Origin: a virus
Length of the DNA: 64,000 nucleotides
Virus record (IMG/VR): IMGVR_UViG_3300046170_000289
Reading direction: 5' to 3' (one strand)
Shown here: positions 36,736 through 46,552 of the stretch, in pieces
Position numbering within the stretch: position 1 is the first letter of the stretch
Layout of the letters: each line of letters opens with the position of its first letter
Notes under the pieces: generated by a model
Seen by the model: the letters and a program-made list of their open reading frames with translations, nothing else
Told to the model about the DNA's origin: nothing
Databases searched by the model: none
Program-made: the position numbers and the translations under genes

Positions 36736-37679
36736 TTGAATTCACATCTCATCATTAACTCAGTCAGGAATGCCACCATGTTGATCTCTTGGTCAACAAC
36801 GAAAGCAGACTTATACTGATACTCAGAGATGACCAGCACTGCTTCAGGAATGGACTTTGGTTGGACATGGTTGTAGAGGTTGTCATAGATCTTTCGCATA
36901 ATAGAAATAGGCTCGTTGTCCATATTCTGAGTCACCCACTTCTTCATGTTGGTAAACTCTTTGGCGCGAATATATCCTACGAGGTTGGTAATGTTGATGT
37001 CATTAGAGACACCAAGGATACCTGTATCAATCTTCCCAGAAGAAGAATACCGTTGCAACTCATTGAGTGTGCGACGGAAGTCAGGGAAGTGTTTCTGGAC
37101 TACCTCAGCGACAACCTTTGGCTCATAGTTGACGCCTTCACTATCTAGGATAGTTTTAACACGGTTGAAGAATGCTCCTGCTAGTGCTTGCTTCTCCTTA
37201 CCCTTGAGTGCGAAGTCAACAACGGAGCACCGTGAGTGCAGAGGAGAGATGATCTTATTCTTGTAGTTACAAGTAAAGATGAATCTACAATTCTTTTGAA
37301 ACTCCTCAATGCAAGCACGAAGAAGCATCTGCACATCAGGTGTGGTGTTATCTGCCTCATCAATAATGATGACCTTATGCTTAGCAGTAGAGGTCAAAGA
37401 GACTGTAGAGGCATACACTTTTGCCTGGTTACGTACGGTATCGAGGAAACGACCTTCGTCAGATCCGTTGATAACCAGACAGTCTGCACCTAACTCCTTA
37501 CACAGTGCCTTAGCGATAGTGGTTTTACCAACACCAGCAGACCCTGAGAGTAAGAGATTAGGGATCTCACCCTGATCCAGAAAACCTTGAAAGATTTCCT
37601 TGGTGTTTCCTGGTAGAATGCACTCCTCAATAGTCTGAGGACGATACTTTTCTACCCAGAGAAACAGTTTGTTTTGCAT
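36732..37679 (-). CDS. 44: Clamp loader large subunit (T4 gp44)
   Basis: WVEKYRP, GSAGVGKTT, IIIDEAD, SRC. Confidence 0.97.
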   Translation of the reverse strand: MQNKLFLWVEKYRPQTIEECILPGNTKEIFQGFLDQGEIPNLLLSGSAGVGKTTIAKALCKELGADCLVINGSDEGRFLDTVRNQAKVYASTVSLTSTAKHKVIIIDEADNTTPDVQMLLRACIEEFQKNCRFIFTCNYKNKIISPLHSRCSVVDFALKGKEKQALAGAFFNRVKTILDSEGVNYEPKVVAEVVQKHFPDFRRTLNELQRYSSSGKIDTGILGVSNDINITNLVGYIRAKEFTNMKKWVTQNMDNEPISIMRKIYDNLYNHVQPKSIPEAVLVISEYQYKSAFVVDQEINMVAFLTELMMRCEFK

Positions 37680-37681
37680 AA

Positions 37682-38398
37682 TCAGGGCTCGAGTGCGATG
37701 AAGTAGTTGAGTGAGGAGTTGGAGAGACTAGAGAAGTTAGCAATGTTGCGTCGTGAGAGACACACATGGTAACTACCAGGAAGGAGTTTGAGATTCTCAA
37801 CCTTGAAACAGTAGCAGAATGTCATACGCTCAACTGTCATCTTACCTGGGTCACTAAAGGTTACTTTCTTCAGTGGCAGGGAGAAGACATTAGAGGTGTC
37901 ATTCTTCTTGTCCTTCACACAGATACTATACTCACCTTCATATCCATAGATGCAGAGGTCTTCCACACCATAGACTTTAGATGCCTGCATCAGTTGCTCC
38001 AGGTCCTGCTGTGGCAGGTCAAAGAACAATTCAGGATCAGGGAGATCAGGATTAAACTCAGGGACTCTACCGATGATCTCAGGGTCACTGTAGTAGAAGG
38101 TAGTCTTACCCTTAGTGTCCTCATCATAGATCACAACCTTCTTGTTATCAGGGAAGAAGAGAGTGGGAGATTTGAAGAGGGACAGGGCACCGAGGAAGAG
38201 TGGCAGGTCATAGATTGCCATCTGCTCAGGAAATCCTTCACGGATGTCGCTTGCAGCGATGATATTCTTATTAACTGACATCGTTTCTACAAACTTACCA
38301 GGATCAATAAGAATAGACTTGTTGATAGCACTGAAATTGCGGAGCAAATCAATGGTTTGCTTGCTCAATTTAACAGTTTGTCTTGCTTCGGGTTGCAT
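37682..38398 (-). CDS. 45: Sliding clamp (T4 gp45); in this sequence in frame with the upstream ORF
   Basis: KLSKQTIDLLRNFSAINKSIL, IYDLPLFL, YFIALE. Confidence 0.9.
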   Translation of the reverse strand: MQPEARQTVKLSKQTIDLLRNFSAINKSILIDPGKFVETMSVNKNIIAASDIREGFPEQMAIYDLPLFLGALSLFKSPTLFFPDNKKVVIYDEDTKGKTTFYYSDPEIIGRVPEFNPDLPDPELFFDLPQQDLEQLMQASKVYGVEDLCIYGYEGEYSICVKDKKNDTSNVFSLPLKKVTFSDPGKMTVERMTFCYCFKVENLKLLPGSYHVCLSRRNIANFSSLSNSSLNYFIALEP

Positions 38399-38400
38399 AA

Positions 38401-38692
38401 TTACTGGGGGTAAGTTTCGTTTGATTGCCGACTGGTCACTGAAGTGAATCAGCAACACAGCATAGTGTAGCACTTTCATGAGGTCACGTCTAGCAGTGCC
38501 TTTCTTGTCATAGCGAGAAGCATACTTTAGGATGTTACTCCTGCAGAATGCTTCAGCGTCACCACAAGCATTGATGAGATCAAGGGTCTGGACACCTTCA
38601 CCATTACCACTGGAATAGTGCTGCTGATAGGTGGAGCAGATGTAGTCTTTCAACTCCTTGATGATCTCATCTTCGTTATACTTGTTTGCCAT
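38401..38692 (-). CDS. DUF3310-like (T7 gp1.7-like nucleotide kinase) domain; reads through into gp45
   Basis: QHY...TLDLI...AFCRSNILKYASRYDKKG...DLMKVLHY; its expected TAA at 38401-38403 is one base out of frame. Confidence 0.7.
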
Positions 38693-38720
38693 AATAAACA
38701 GAGATTATCTATAAAGGATA

Positions 38721-39803
38721 TCAGAGATTGAGGGGATTGTCAACAGAGATGTCAACGTCAGCATCAATCTTATCATACAATTCGATGAATGATTGCTTGG
38801 TCTCATCATCGAAACGGTTGAGGCACACCTTGATTGCCTTCACACGGTCAGAGAAGATGCTGTAAGCACGGATGATGTGGACAAGACGACGGGTGGAGAT
38901 CACCTCATCGACACCACCATCCTTGAAAGTCTTACGGATGATGTCTGCCCATGCAACTAGATTCTTGATGTAGTCATCGTCGCAGCAATCCAACTCAGAG
39001 CAGTAGTTATTGAGCATCTTGGTCTCAATAGAAGGAGCAGGATAGTCTTGCTCGAAGGTCACAGGGAAACGCTCAAGGAATGCCTCATTGAGCACGTTGG
39101 TGCCGATGAAACGACCGTCATCGCTACCCTTACCCTTGGTGTTAGCAGTGGCAAAGATGTTGAATCCAGGTGCAGGTGTGACCTGACGACCAATCTTCTT
39201 AAGGAAGACACCTTTACCTTCTAGAATTGACTGCAGGCAGAGGATTTTGTTGGATGCGAGATCGATCTCGTCCAGTAGGAGCACTGCTCCACGCTCAAGG
39301 GCTTCAATAACTGGTCCATTGTGCCATACAGTATTGCCATCGACAAGACGGAAACCGCCAATAAGATCGTCTTCATCAGTTTCAACAGTAATGTTTACAC
39401 GGACTAACTCACGTCCGAGTTGGGCACATGCTTGCTCGACTCCAAGCGTTTTGCCGTTTCCAGATAGTCCAGTAATAAAAGTTGGGTAGAAAATCTTGGA
39501 TTTAATAATCTTCTTAAGATCTGTAGCGTTGCCAAAGGGCACATAGTTACCATCCTTAGAGGGAATGAGTGACTCGCTTGCCTTCACGACAGTCTCCAGT
39601 TGCTGACGGACTTCCTGCACAGACAGATTCCACTTGCCGATACCTGACTTGTAATCAAGGAGACGCTTCTTGACAGTTGCGAAGGAGCAAGAGAAGTGCT
39701 CAGCAGCACCAAGCAATTCTGTGGTGCCGACCTGCTCGCCGTGCTTGCTTTGAAGGTAGTCAACGATTTGATCGGTGGTCACAGGGTGTGGTGCGAAAGT
39801 CAT
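38721..39803 (-). CDS. MoxR/CobS-like AAA+ ATPase
   Basis: GLSGNGKT, LLLDEID, ATANTKG, AFLERF. Confidence 0.9.
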   Translation of the reverse strand: MTFAPHPVTTDQIVDYLQSKHGEQVGTTELLGAAEHFSCSFATVKKRLLDYKSGIGKWNLSVQEVRQQLETVVKASESLIPSKDGNYVPFGNATDLKKIIKSKIFYPTFITGLSGNGKTLGVEQACAQLGRELVRVNITVETDEDDLIGGFRLVDGNTVWHNGPVIEALERGAVLLLDEIDLASNKILCLQSILEGKGVFLKKIGRQVTPAPGFNIFATANTKGKGSDDGRFIGTNVLNEAFLERFPVTFEQDYPAPSIETKMLNNYCSELDCCDDDYIKNLVAWADIIRKTFKDGGVDEVISTRRLVHIIRAYSIFSDRVKAIKVCLNRFDDETKQSFIELYDKIDADVDISVDNPLNL

Positions 39804-39828
39804 GTGTTTCTTTGTTGTGTATACAGTT

Positions 39829-39870
39829 ATTATACACAGGCTGTGGTCGAGTGGTAGTCCACCCAGGACG
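39829..39870 (-). promoter_or_regulatory. Putative promoter for the AAA+ gene
   Basis: Extended TGTGTATAAT -10; weak -35. Confidence 0.45.
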
Positions 39871-40366
39871 GTTTGCGATCTGGCACACGCAGGTAGTTGG
39901 TCGCAACCCACGGTTTACTTGCCACATACCGTTGGTATGCAGTGATTGTGTCTATGTCTTCGTCATACTTCCATTCATCAGGCATAGCACGAGCGAAGGG
40001 AGTGTGGTCATCAGGACAACCATGCTGGTATGTGAGTGCAGCAAGAGTGATTGTCGGTTGACATGCATGTCTTTTACCGTATCTATATGTATACTCCTCA
40101 CACAGAGAAATACCATGCTGCATCAACCATTGGATGTTGTCATCAGACTGTGCCACCCACTTGGTGCAAGGGTGATTACGAAATGCACCCTTCTCGGTAG
40201 CATAAGGGGTCCCATCTTTCTTCAAGACAGGACCCTCATTGAGATACCACTTACTGAATACAATAGCGAGCATCTGACAACACTCTAGTGGCATCTTGAC
40301 GATGTGTTTGTCTGGCAGCATAGTCGCTGCCAAGACAGGATCATCATCTACTGCAAAGATATTCAT
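39830..40366 (-). CDS. Pyrimidine-dimer DNA glycosylase (DenV-like family)
   Basis: MNIF..D.DP..AA..L.DKH.VKM.LE..QML, NHPCTKW. Confidence 0.75.
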   Translation of the reverse strand: MNIFAVDDDPVLAATMLPDKHIVKMPLECCQMLAIVFSKWYLNEGPVLKKDGTPYATEKGAFRNHPCTKWVAQSDDNIQWLMQHGISLCEEYTYRYGKRHACQPTITLAALTYQHGCPDDHTPFARAMPDEWKYDEDIDTITAYQRYVASKPWVATNYLRVPDRKPSWVDYHSTTACV

Positions 40367-42480
40367 GCAATTTGATTGATAAAGGACGAGAGGATTTTCT
40401 TGTTGTTGGTCTTTGCCTTGAGAGTCTTCTTGAAGGCACGAGTGATCTGTGCCTTGGACGCATCCTCCTCTACATCAAACTCTACATCTTCATTCAACTT
40501 GTTACTCTGAATTAGAAACAATTCTTGATAACCCATCATTGGGGCAGAGGTTGACTTGTGCTTCTTGAATACATCAGCAGCACTCTTCCTCTCACCTACA
40601 GTGAGACTGTTGAAGTTTTGGATGATGTAGTTGATGTCACGGGTGCTACCAAGACGGAATCCAGTGAAGTTACACTGTGGGAAACGACCCTTCATGTAAC
40701 GCAAGAGAGTTTCAGTCATGTAGTTGCCCCACTGTGGTGAGTTGTAAGTGCGACCCGTCTTGCGGCAACGAATAGCAGACTGTGAAGGCATTGCAGAGCG
40801 ATGAATCTTACCGTCATAGGTAGACTTCACCCAGCATCCAGACCAGTTGCTCTCACCATCAGTCAAGATAGAGACGTGGCACTTCTCAACACCGTGCTTA
40901 GCAGAGAATGCAGGAATCAGAGTCTGTAGACACATAATTGCCTCATTCAGAGGGGTGCCACCAAGCATAAGGTGAGGGGGGATGCAGTCAGGGACAGGAC
41001 GCTCAGCGAATGGATTGCGGTTGCCGTAGCGTTGCTCATACATCTGAGAGACACGGTAAAGATCCCTTGCATAACGGTCAAAAGTGCTGTTATTAAGGTC
41101 ACCGTTGAGGAATTCTACAAGGTGGAAGTGCTTGGCAACATAGAAGTCATTCTCCTTACCAAGTTGCTCCTCATAGTCACGAAACTCAGCGTATGATGCG
41201 TCACTTACGAAGGCATACACACTGAATGGGATGCCAGACTTGCGACAGAAGAAGCACAGCGACAGCAGTTGCTTGAATGTGTCGTGAATAATCTCTGCCA
41301 TGGACCCAGACCAGTCTAGAAGGAAGATCAGACCGTGATTCTTGCCATCAGGGCGGATTGTAACCTTCTTAAAGAGGTCTTCATTATAAAGATACTGGTG
41401 AAGTTTAGCAGTGTCAAGCACACCTGTCTTAGAGATAGACTCGCGAGCATGTGCTGCTGCAGACTTCTTCATCTCAAACTCTTTCTGAAGATATGACACC
41501 TCACGGTTGCAATCTTTCTTGAAATTGTTGTAGTTTTGATCTGCAACAGTCCAGTCAAGCACACTGTCTGGGAATCCAGGTTGCTTATACTCAGACCAGT
41601 ATGACTGTGCTATGTCATTGACCAGTTTAGGGTCAACAATGACGTGCTTAAGGTCAACATTAGGGATCTCAAGATACCTAGTCTCATTGTGAGTGTTTTC
41701 AGTTGCAATGTCCTGCAGTGCCTCTGACAGAGACTGATCAGTCATTGCTTCTTCACTCCCACGGTTGAATGAAGGAGTGTCAAGGTCTGCATCTTGCTGT
41801 CCTTGATCAGAATCACTCTCTTGCTCCTCACCGTCATCACTTTCAGATGTAGGTTGCTCATCTTGTGCCTGCTGCTGGTCACTACCACCACCAGAATTGT
41901 TGTCTACTTCAGGAATATTAGCAATCTTTTGCTGATCTGCTTCTGCTTGCTCAAACTCTTTGATAGCGACAGCAGCATCGATAGCATCTTGGAAAGACTC
42001 TGCCTCACCTACTGCATCGCGAAGAGGAATCTCTTCAGGAGTGAAGGGCATGAAGGCATTTGCACCCAATTTGTAGTAAAGATTGATGCGATCGATCAGT
42101 TTAAGAGTCTCAGTGTTGATCTCCTTGACGCTGAAGAAATCATCCTCATGAAGTTGCTTGTATCCACCGTAGAAATCCTTGGAAATACCTGCAAATTTAC
42201 GTTTCATTAGTTTCTCAATGCGAGCATCCTCGGTCACATTGACATAAGACTTAGGGCAAGGAAGGTTGTCCAGAAGGTCACCGTCTGGAGTGAAGAGGGC
42301 GTGTCCTACTTCGTGTGCTACCAGCAGATTGAAGACAATTTCCTTAGCATTCCAGATAGGGAGGGTCAAGATTCTCTTATGCACATCGAAGGATGCTGTG
42401 CTGACTGCCCTGTGCTCGACGACGAGGTTTTCAGTGGCGAGGAGTTTGGCGAGAGTGCCTTTGACTTCTTGTACGGTCAT
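40363..42480 (-). CDS. Metallopeptidase-like plus VWA domain protein
   Basis: HEVGH zinc motif, EDARIE, acidic linker, DWSGS MIDAS, GGTPL, LTDGE. Confidence 0.85.
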   Translation of the reverse strand: MTVQEVKGTLAKLLATENLVVEHRAVSTASFDVHKRILTLPIWNAKEIVFNLLVAHEVGHALFTPDGDLLDNLPCPKSYVNVTEDARIEKLMKRKFAGISKDFYGGYKQLHEDDFFSVKEINTETLKLIDRINLYYKLGANAFMPFTPEEIPLRDAVGEAESFQDAIDAAVAIKEFEQAEADQQKIANIPEVDNNSGGGSDQQQAQDEQPTSESDDGEEQESDSDQGQQDADLDTPSFNRGSEEAMTDQSLSEALQDIATENTHNETRYLEIPNVDLKHVIVDPKLVNDIAQSYWSEYKQPGFPDSVLDWTVADQNYNNFKKDCNREVSYLQKEFEMKKSAAAHARESISKTGVLDTAKLHQYLYNEDLFKKVTIRPDGKNHGLIFLLDWSGSMAEIIHDTFKQLLSLCFFCRKSGIPFSVYAFVSDASYAEFRDYEEQLGKENDFYVAKHFHLVEFLNGDLNNSTFDRYARDLYRVSQMYEQRYGNRNPFAERPVPDCIPPHLMLGGTPLNEAIMCLQTLIPAFSAKHGVEKCHVSILTDGESNWSGCWVKSTYDGKIHRSAMPSQSAIRCRKTGRTYNSPQWGNYMTETLLRYMKGRFPQCNFTGFRLGSTRDINYIIQNFNSLTVGERKSAADVFKKHKSTSAPMMGYQELFLIQSNKLNEDVEFDVEEDASKAQITRAFKKTLKAKTNNKKILSSFINQIA

Positions 42481-42501
42481 GCTTTCTTTGTGTATGCATC
42501 T

Positions 42502-42550
42502 ATTATACACACCCACAAGGACCCCGAAAGGGGTAGGGTGCCACTTTATA
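42502..42550 (-). promoter_or_regulatory. Promoter with upstream conserved box
   Basis: TATAAAGTGGCACCCTACCC-N23-TATAAT. Confidence 0.55.
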
Positions 42551-44261
42551 GACTGTCCTGCTTCATGGTGCTGAAGTCTCCGATCTTGTCGAAGGTAACC
42601 ACGGAATCAAACTTGTCCAGAAGGATGTCACCCTTGTGACTGATCACAAATAGGTTAGTCCTGTCGTCCATACCCCTCAAAATCTTCATCAATTCGTCTG
42701 TAGCAGCAGTATCAAGGGAAGAATCGAATACCTCGTCAAGGATGAGGAGATTGGTCGATGCAGAGTTTTTCATCTTGGCAATGTCACGCCAGCAAAACAG
42801 CAAAGATAGGTCAATTTTCTGCTTTTCACCCTCTGAAAACGATGCATAAGAGAATACATCACGGTAACGAGACTTGATGACTTCATTGAATTCTTCATCC
42901 AATGTGAAGTTGACAAAGAAGTCCATGGACTGCAGATATTTATTGATTAAACTGTTAAAAATAGGCACAAATTTGCTGATAACCTTACTCTTAATACCAC
43001 TGTCTCTGAGGAGAGTGGATACGATTTTCAGGTTGTCAAACTCCTTACTAACATCAGCACAACGCTCAATATTTTCAGAGAATTCTGCCTCATATTCGTC
43101 TAATTTTACCCTTTCTGCATCAATATCTGGAGTCTCTTTGTTGACCTCAGTCATGATGTTTTCATTCTCTTTAAGCAGTCGTGAGACCTGCTTATCAATG
43201 TTTAGATTATCGCTCTGCAACTCAATAATTGACTGTCCATAACCCTTTAGACTACGCAGTTTGTCATAGAGAATGCCCACCTGCTCATCGATCTTTTTAT
43301 AACCATCATTGTACTTGACACGACGTGACTCAGCGTCCACCAGTTGACGATGTTTGTGCTCTTCTTCTAGTGTTTGATCACATGTTGGGCACTTATCATG
43401 CTTGGTATAAAACTTATGATCTTTCTCTGCCTTGTTTTTATTCTGCTCGATCTTAGATCGCATGTCACGGAGACTTTCATACTTCTCCTGCACGTCAGCC
43501 TGACTACTAACACTCTGTGCTAGCACACTCATGGAGTGATCATTCTCTTGCTTGCGTGTATTCAAACTTACTATATTATCTTCGTTGTTATTAAACTTTT
43601 GGTGCAAACTTTTAATAACACCATCCTGTAATTCAGTAAGTTTATGAATGGATGCACGTTGGTGATTTAATTTTGTCTCACAAATCTCCAACACATGCTT
43701 ACATGATGTGAAATTCTCCTTATTATCCTTGACTCTATCCTTCAGGATAGTATTCATCTTGGAGAAGATTTTGATGTCCAGCAGGTCTTCTACTACCTCT
43801 CTCCTATGGGTAGCAGGAAGTTGCATGAAGGGCACAAAAGTGCTGCTACCTAGGATAACAACCTGGGTAAATGACTTATAGTTAAACTTAAGGATGCTCT
43901 GCTCAAGATACTTCTGGTAGTCCTTCTGAGCAGCATCTTGATCAAGCAGTTGTCCGTTTCTAAGGACCTTAAAAACGACTGGTTTCATGCCTCTGATGAC
44001 ATGATAGTTTACTTGACCAATAGAAAACTCAACCTCTACACAGCACTCTTTCTCATTGACGCTGTTGATCAGTTGAGACTTATTAATTTTACGAAATGGT
44101 TTATTAAATAGCACAAAGCACAGGGCATCTAACATAGTAGACTTACCTGCGCCGTTAGACCCGATAACAAGTTGCGACTTGGATTCGTTGAGAGTCATTT
44201 CCGTAAAGGTATTACCTGTGCTAAGGAAATTCTTCCAACGAATCTTTTCAAATACGATCAT
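42546..44261 (-). CDS. 46: Recombination endonuclease ATPase subunit (T4 gp46)
   Basis: GSNGAGKST, CPTC zinc hook, FSEGE, LDEVFD. Confidence 0.96.
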   Translation of the reverse strand: MIVFEKIRWKNFLSTGNTFTEMTLNESKSQLVIGSNGAGKSTMLDALCFVLFNKPFRKINKSQLINSVNEKECCVEVEFSIGQVNYHVIRGMKPVVFKVLRNGQLLDQDAAQKDYQKYLEQSILKFNYKSFTQVVILGSSTFVPFMQLPATHRREVVEDLLDIKIFSKMNTILKDRVKDNKENFTSCKHVLEICETKLNHQRASIHKLTELQDGVIKSLHQKFNNNEDNIVSLNTRKQENDHSMSVLAQSVSSQADVQEKYESLRDMRSKIEQNKNKAEKDHKFYTKHDKCPTCDQTLEEEHKHRQLVDAESRRVKYNDGYKKIDEQVGILYDKLRSLKGYGQSIIELQSDNLNIDKQVSRLLKENENIMTEVNKETPDIDAERVKLDEYEAEFSENIERCADVSKEFDNLKIVSTLLRDSGIKSKVISKFVPIFNSLINKYLQSMDFFVNFTLDEEFNEVIKSRYRDVFSYASFSEGEKQKIDLSLLFCWRDIAKMKNSASTNLLILDEVFDSSLDTAATDELMKILRGMDDRTNLFVISHKGDILLDKFDSVVTFDKIGDFSTMKQDSL

Positions 44262-44521
44262 TTATCTTGTGGTGGCGGGATAACAAATTCGTCAGTGCCA
44301 ATAACGGTGAAGCGATACCCGTATTGGCGACAGTTTTCTTTGACGGTATCTTCGTCTACCTCAGAGACCGTAAGATCACGAGGGTATTCATCTGCTTTCA
44401 ATAATACATAATAGCGTTCGGCGTCGTCCTTGTCAACAAATAACTGGACTACCCTCTCTACTGCTTCATCATCTCTAACAGCATATACTCCACCTGATTT
44501 ATTGTCAGTCAGGACAAACAT
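44258..44521 (-). CDS. Hypothetical protein
   Basis: 87-aa ORF between gp47 and gp46. Confidence 0.7.
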   Translation of the reverse strand: MFVLTDNKSGGVYAVRDDEAVERVVQLFVDKDDAERYYVLLKADEYPRDLTVSEVDEDTVKENCRQYGYRFTVIGTDEFVIPPPQDK

Positions 44522-45546
44522 TAGACCTCCAACGCTTCTACATATAGGGACTTTAAGATACCAAAGATCTCGTCGTGGTTTTTATACTCCGAGACGCACG
44601 ATTCTAGGATAGAAAGGGTATCTTCGACCTCAATCTCTTCATCAATTTCACCCAACTCCTGAGTCATGTCTTCGACAATCTTCAGGTCGGCCAGGTCAAC
44701 CTGCTGAAGTTTCCTTACACACCGATCAAACTTAACTTGATCCTTCTTATCGCCTACGACAAGTTTAACATATGTCCCTTCCAACTGTGGGAAGGTAGAG
44801 ACATCGATGTCATCAGTATAGTAGACTTTACTGAAGGTATTATAGGGATTTGCAATGAATTCCATTGACAAATCATCTGTATTTAGGACGTGGAATCCAC
44901 GATCAAACCCATAATCATTCCAGTATAGTTGATAAGGGTTGCCAAGGTAATGAATAGGACCCTGCTGACTCTTCATGTGGTAGTGACCAGAGCATGTCAA
45001 GTCAAACTTCTCGAATGGAGAGCGGTCAATACCATGGTCCATCTTAAGACCAGGGATAACCTCAAACCCATTCAACTCAAGGTGTCCTAGGCATACAGAT
45101 GCTTTAGAGGACTTGACCTTCTTCATGATATGCTCCTGGTTTTCAGGGCAGATCCATGGTAGAAGAAGGAAACTCCTACTACCAAACTTCTTAGCAGTAG
45201 GCTCTGTAATGACTTCGATGTTGTTGTAGTCACCTAGCAACAGATCAGGTGAGTTGACCTTGATCGTATTCTTATAATAGATGTCATGATTACCCACCAG
45301 CATGGACATACGAATGCCACGCTCAGCAAGAGGATCAAACCACATCTCTCGTGCTGCTTCTAGTGAATTAAAATTCACATACTTCCGACGATCAAAGGTA
45401 TCACCTAGGCACAAGACCTGAGTAATACCTTCTTTATCGATATATGGAAGCACTACATCACGATAAAACTTTCTATAAAGTTTTTGAAAGAATTGATTGT
45501 CATTCCTTACACCAAAGTGTTGATCAGTTATCAGTAGAATTTTCAT
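44521..45546 (-). CDS. 47: Recombination endonuclease nuclease subunit (T4 gp47)
   Basis: TDQHFG, LGDTFD, VGNHD, SGHYH. Confidence 0.96.
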   Translation of the reverse strand: MKILLITDQHFGVRNDNQFFQKLYRKFYRDVVLPYIDKEGITQVLCLGDTFDRRKYVNFNSLEAAREMWFDPLAERGIRMSMLVGNHDIYYKNTIKVNSPDLLLGDYNNIEVITEPTAKKFGSRSFLLLPWICPENQEHIMKKVKSSKASVCLGHLELNGFEVIPGLKMDHGIDRSPFEKFDLTCSGHYHMKSQQGPIHYLGNPYQLYWNDYGFDRGFHVLNTDDLSMEFIANPYNTFSKVYYTDDIDVSTFPQLEGTYVKLVVGDKKDQVKFDRCVRKLQQVDLADLKIVEDMTQELGEIDEEIEVEDTLSILESCVSEYKNHDEIFGILKSLYVEALEV

Positions 45547-45670
45547 TCTTCTTTCCATTCTCTAGAGCACGAAGGCGTTTCCGCCAATAACCACGGTCAT
45601 TACTATCACGGCAAGGGTTGTCCCTTTCTTGTGTGTCGTGAAGATCTTGATTTCCGTCCTTTGATGCCAT
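45524..45670 (-). CDS. Small hypothetical protein
   Basis: MASKDGNQDLHD..., TAATG coupling. Confidence 0.5.
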   Translation of the reverse strand: MASKDGNQDLHDTQERDNPCRDSNDRGYWRKRLRALENGKKNENSTDN

Positions 45671-45963
45671 TACAATTTTACTCCTACGGTGCTGTTTACT
45701 GTGCGTGTGTATAAGTGAAGAGTGTCCTCTTGGAGACACTTGAGATGCCATCTGGTGGTCTTAAGAATGCCTTCTTCAGTTGCACCAGTGAGGAAGTTTG
45801 CCCCTAGGGGATTCTTCAGCACACTGGTATAGAGACCAAAGCGGGTCTTCTTGATGTAGAAGGCATCATCAATCCATTCGACATCCTCGGGGATGTCCTT
45901 CTCGATTGTGGGATTAGATCCCAGCGATGTGGCAAGGGTGGACTTCTTGGTTTCCGTTGGCAT
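45670..45963 (-). CDS. Hypothetical protein
   Basis: MPTETKKS...WIDDAFYIKKTRFG. Confidence 0.7.
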   Translation of the reverse strand: MPTETKKSTLATSLGSNPTIEKDIPEDVEWIDDAFYIKKTRFGLYTSVLKNPLGANFLTGATEEGILKTTRWHLKCLQEDTLHLYTRTVNSTVGVKL

Positions 45964-45967
45964 GAAG

Positions 45968-46444
45968 TTAGTTACGCATGTTGGTTTCAATGCGACTCTT
46001 GATGGAATTCATATCAGAGTGATTGTCGTTGTCATCAGAGTGGAAGACTTGATCGTAACCATTCTTCTCGATGAGTTTATCACGGATATCCATCTGACGC
46101 TTTTCCTTAGCAATTCGTCGCAAAAATGCATAGTATACGATTTGCGTGAAATATGCAAATGGATTCTTGCTCTTAGCGGGATCGAAGTTATCGATGTATT
46201 GGACACAATTCTCTACACCATCGGAGATCATATCCTCCTTATACATGTAGTTAATAAAGTTGGGTCTATATGACAGGTGGGTGGCAATCTTCAAGAAGCA
46301 ATCCCCTAGGTAGTGAGTGATCCTAGGTTTAGGTCTGTCTTGTAGCTTGGCAGTCTCAACTGCTTCTCGATACTTGACGATCTCCACAAGAAACTTTTTA
46401 TTGTCAACGTAATGTTGTTTTTTCTTAGGAGGCATTACAGTCAT
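45968..46444 (-). CDS. 55: Late transcription sigma factor (T4 gp55)
   Basis: HYVDNK, KIATHLSYRPNF, NPFAYFTQI. Confidence 0.95.
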   Translation of the reverse strand: MTVMPPKKKQHYVDNKKFLVEIVKYREAVETAKLQDRPKPRITHYLGDCFLKIATHLSYRPNFINYMYKEDMISDGVENCVQYIDNFDPAKSKNPFAYFTQIVYYAFLRRIAKEKRQMDIRDKLIEKNGYDQVFHSDDNDNHSDMNSIKSRIETNMRN

Positions 46445-46466
46445 ATTTAATTTTTCTCACAAATGC

Positions 46467-46495
46467 ATTATAAAGGTTTGTGTCCTAGAAGTCAA
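46467..46495 (-). promoter_or_regulatory. Sigma70 promoter of gp55
   Basis: TTGACT-N17-TATAAT. Confidence 0.8.
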
Positions 46496-46497
46496 GC

Positions 46498-46526
46498 TTG
46501 ACAACTCTAAGAATAATCATTATACT
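46498..46526 (+). promoter_or_regulatory. Divergent sigma70 promoter firing antisense
   Basis: TTGACA-N17-TATACT on the plus strand. Confidence 0.7.
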
Positions 46527-46552
46527 CAACCATGTAAGGGTTGGAAACAATA

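Noticed and set aside
38721-39803. Cobalamin biosynthesis role for the cobS-like gene
   Set aside because: Only generic MoxR AAA+ motifs are present and no other cob genes occur; pairing with a VWA protein fits a chaperone better.
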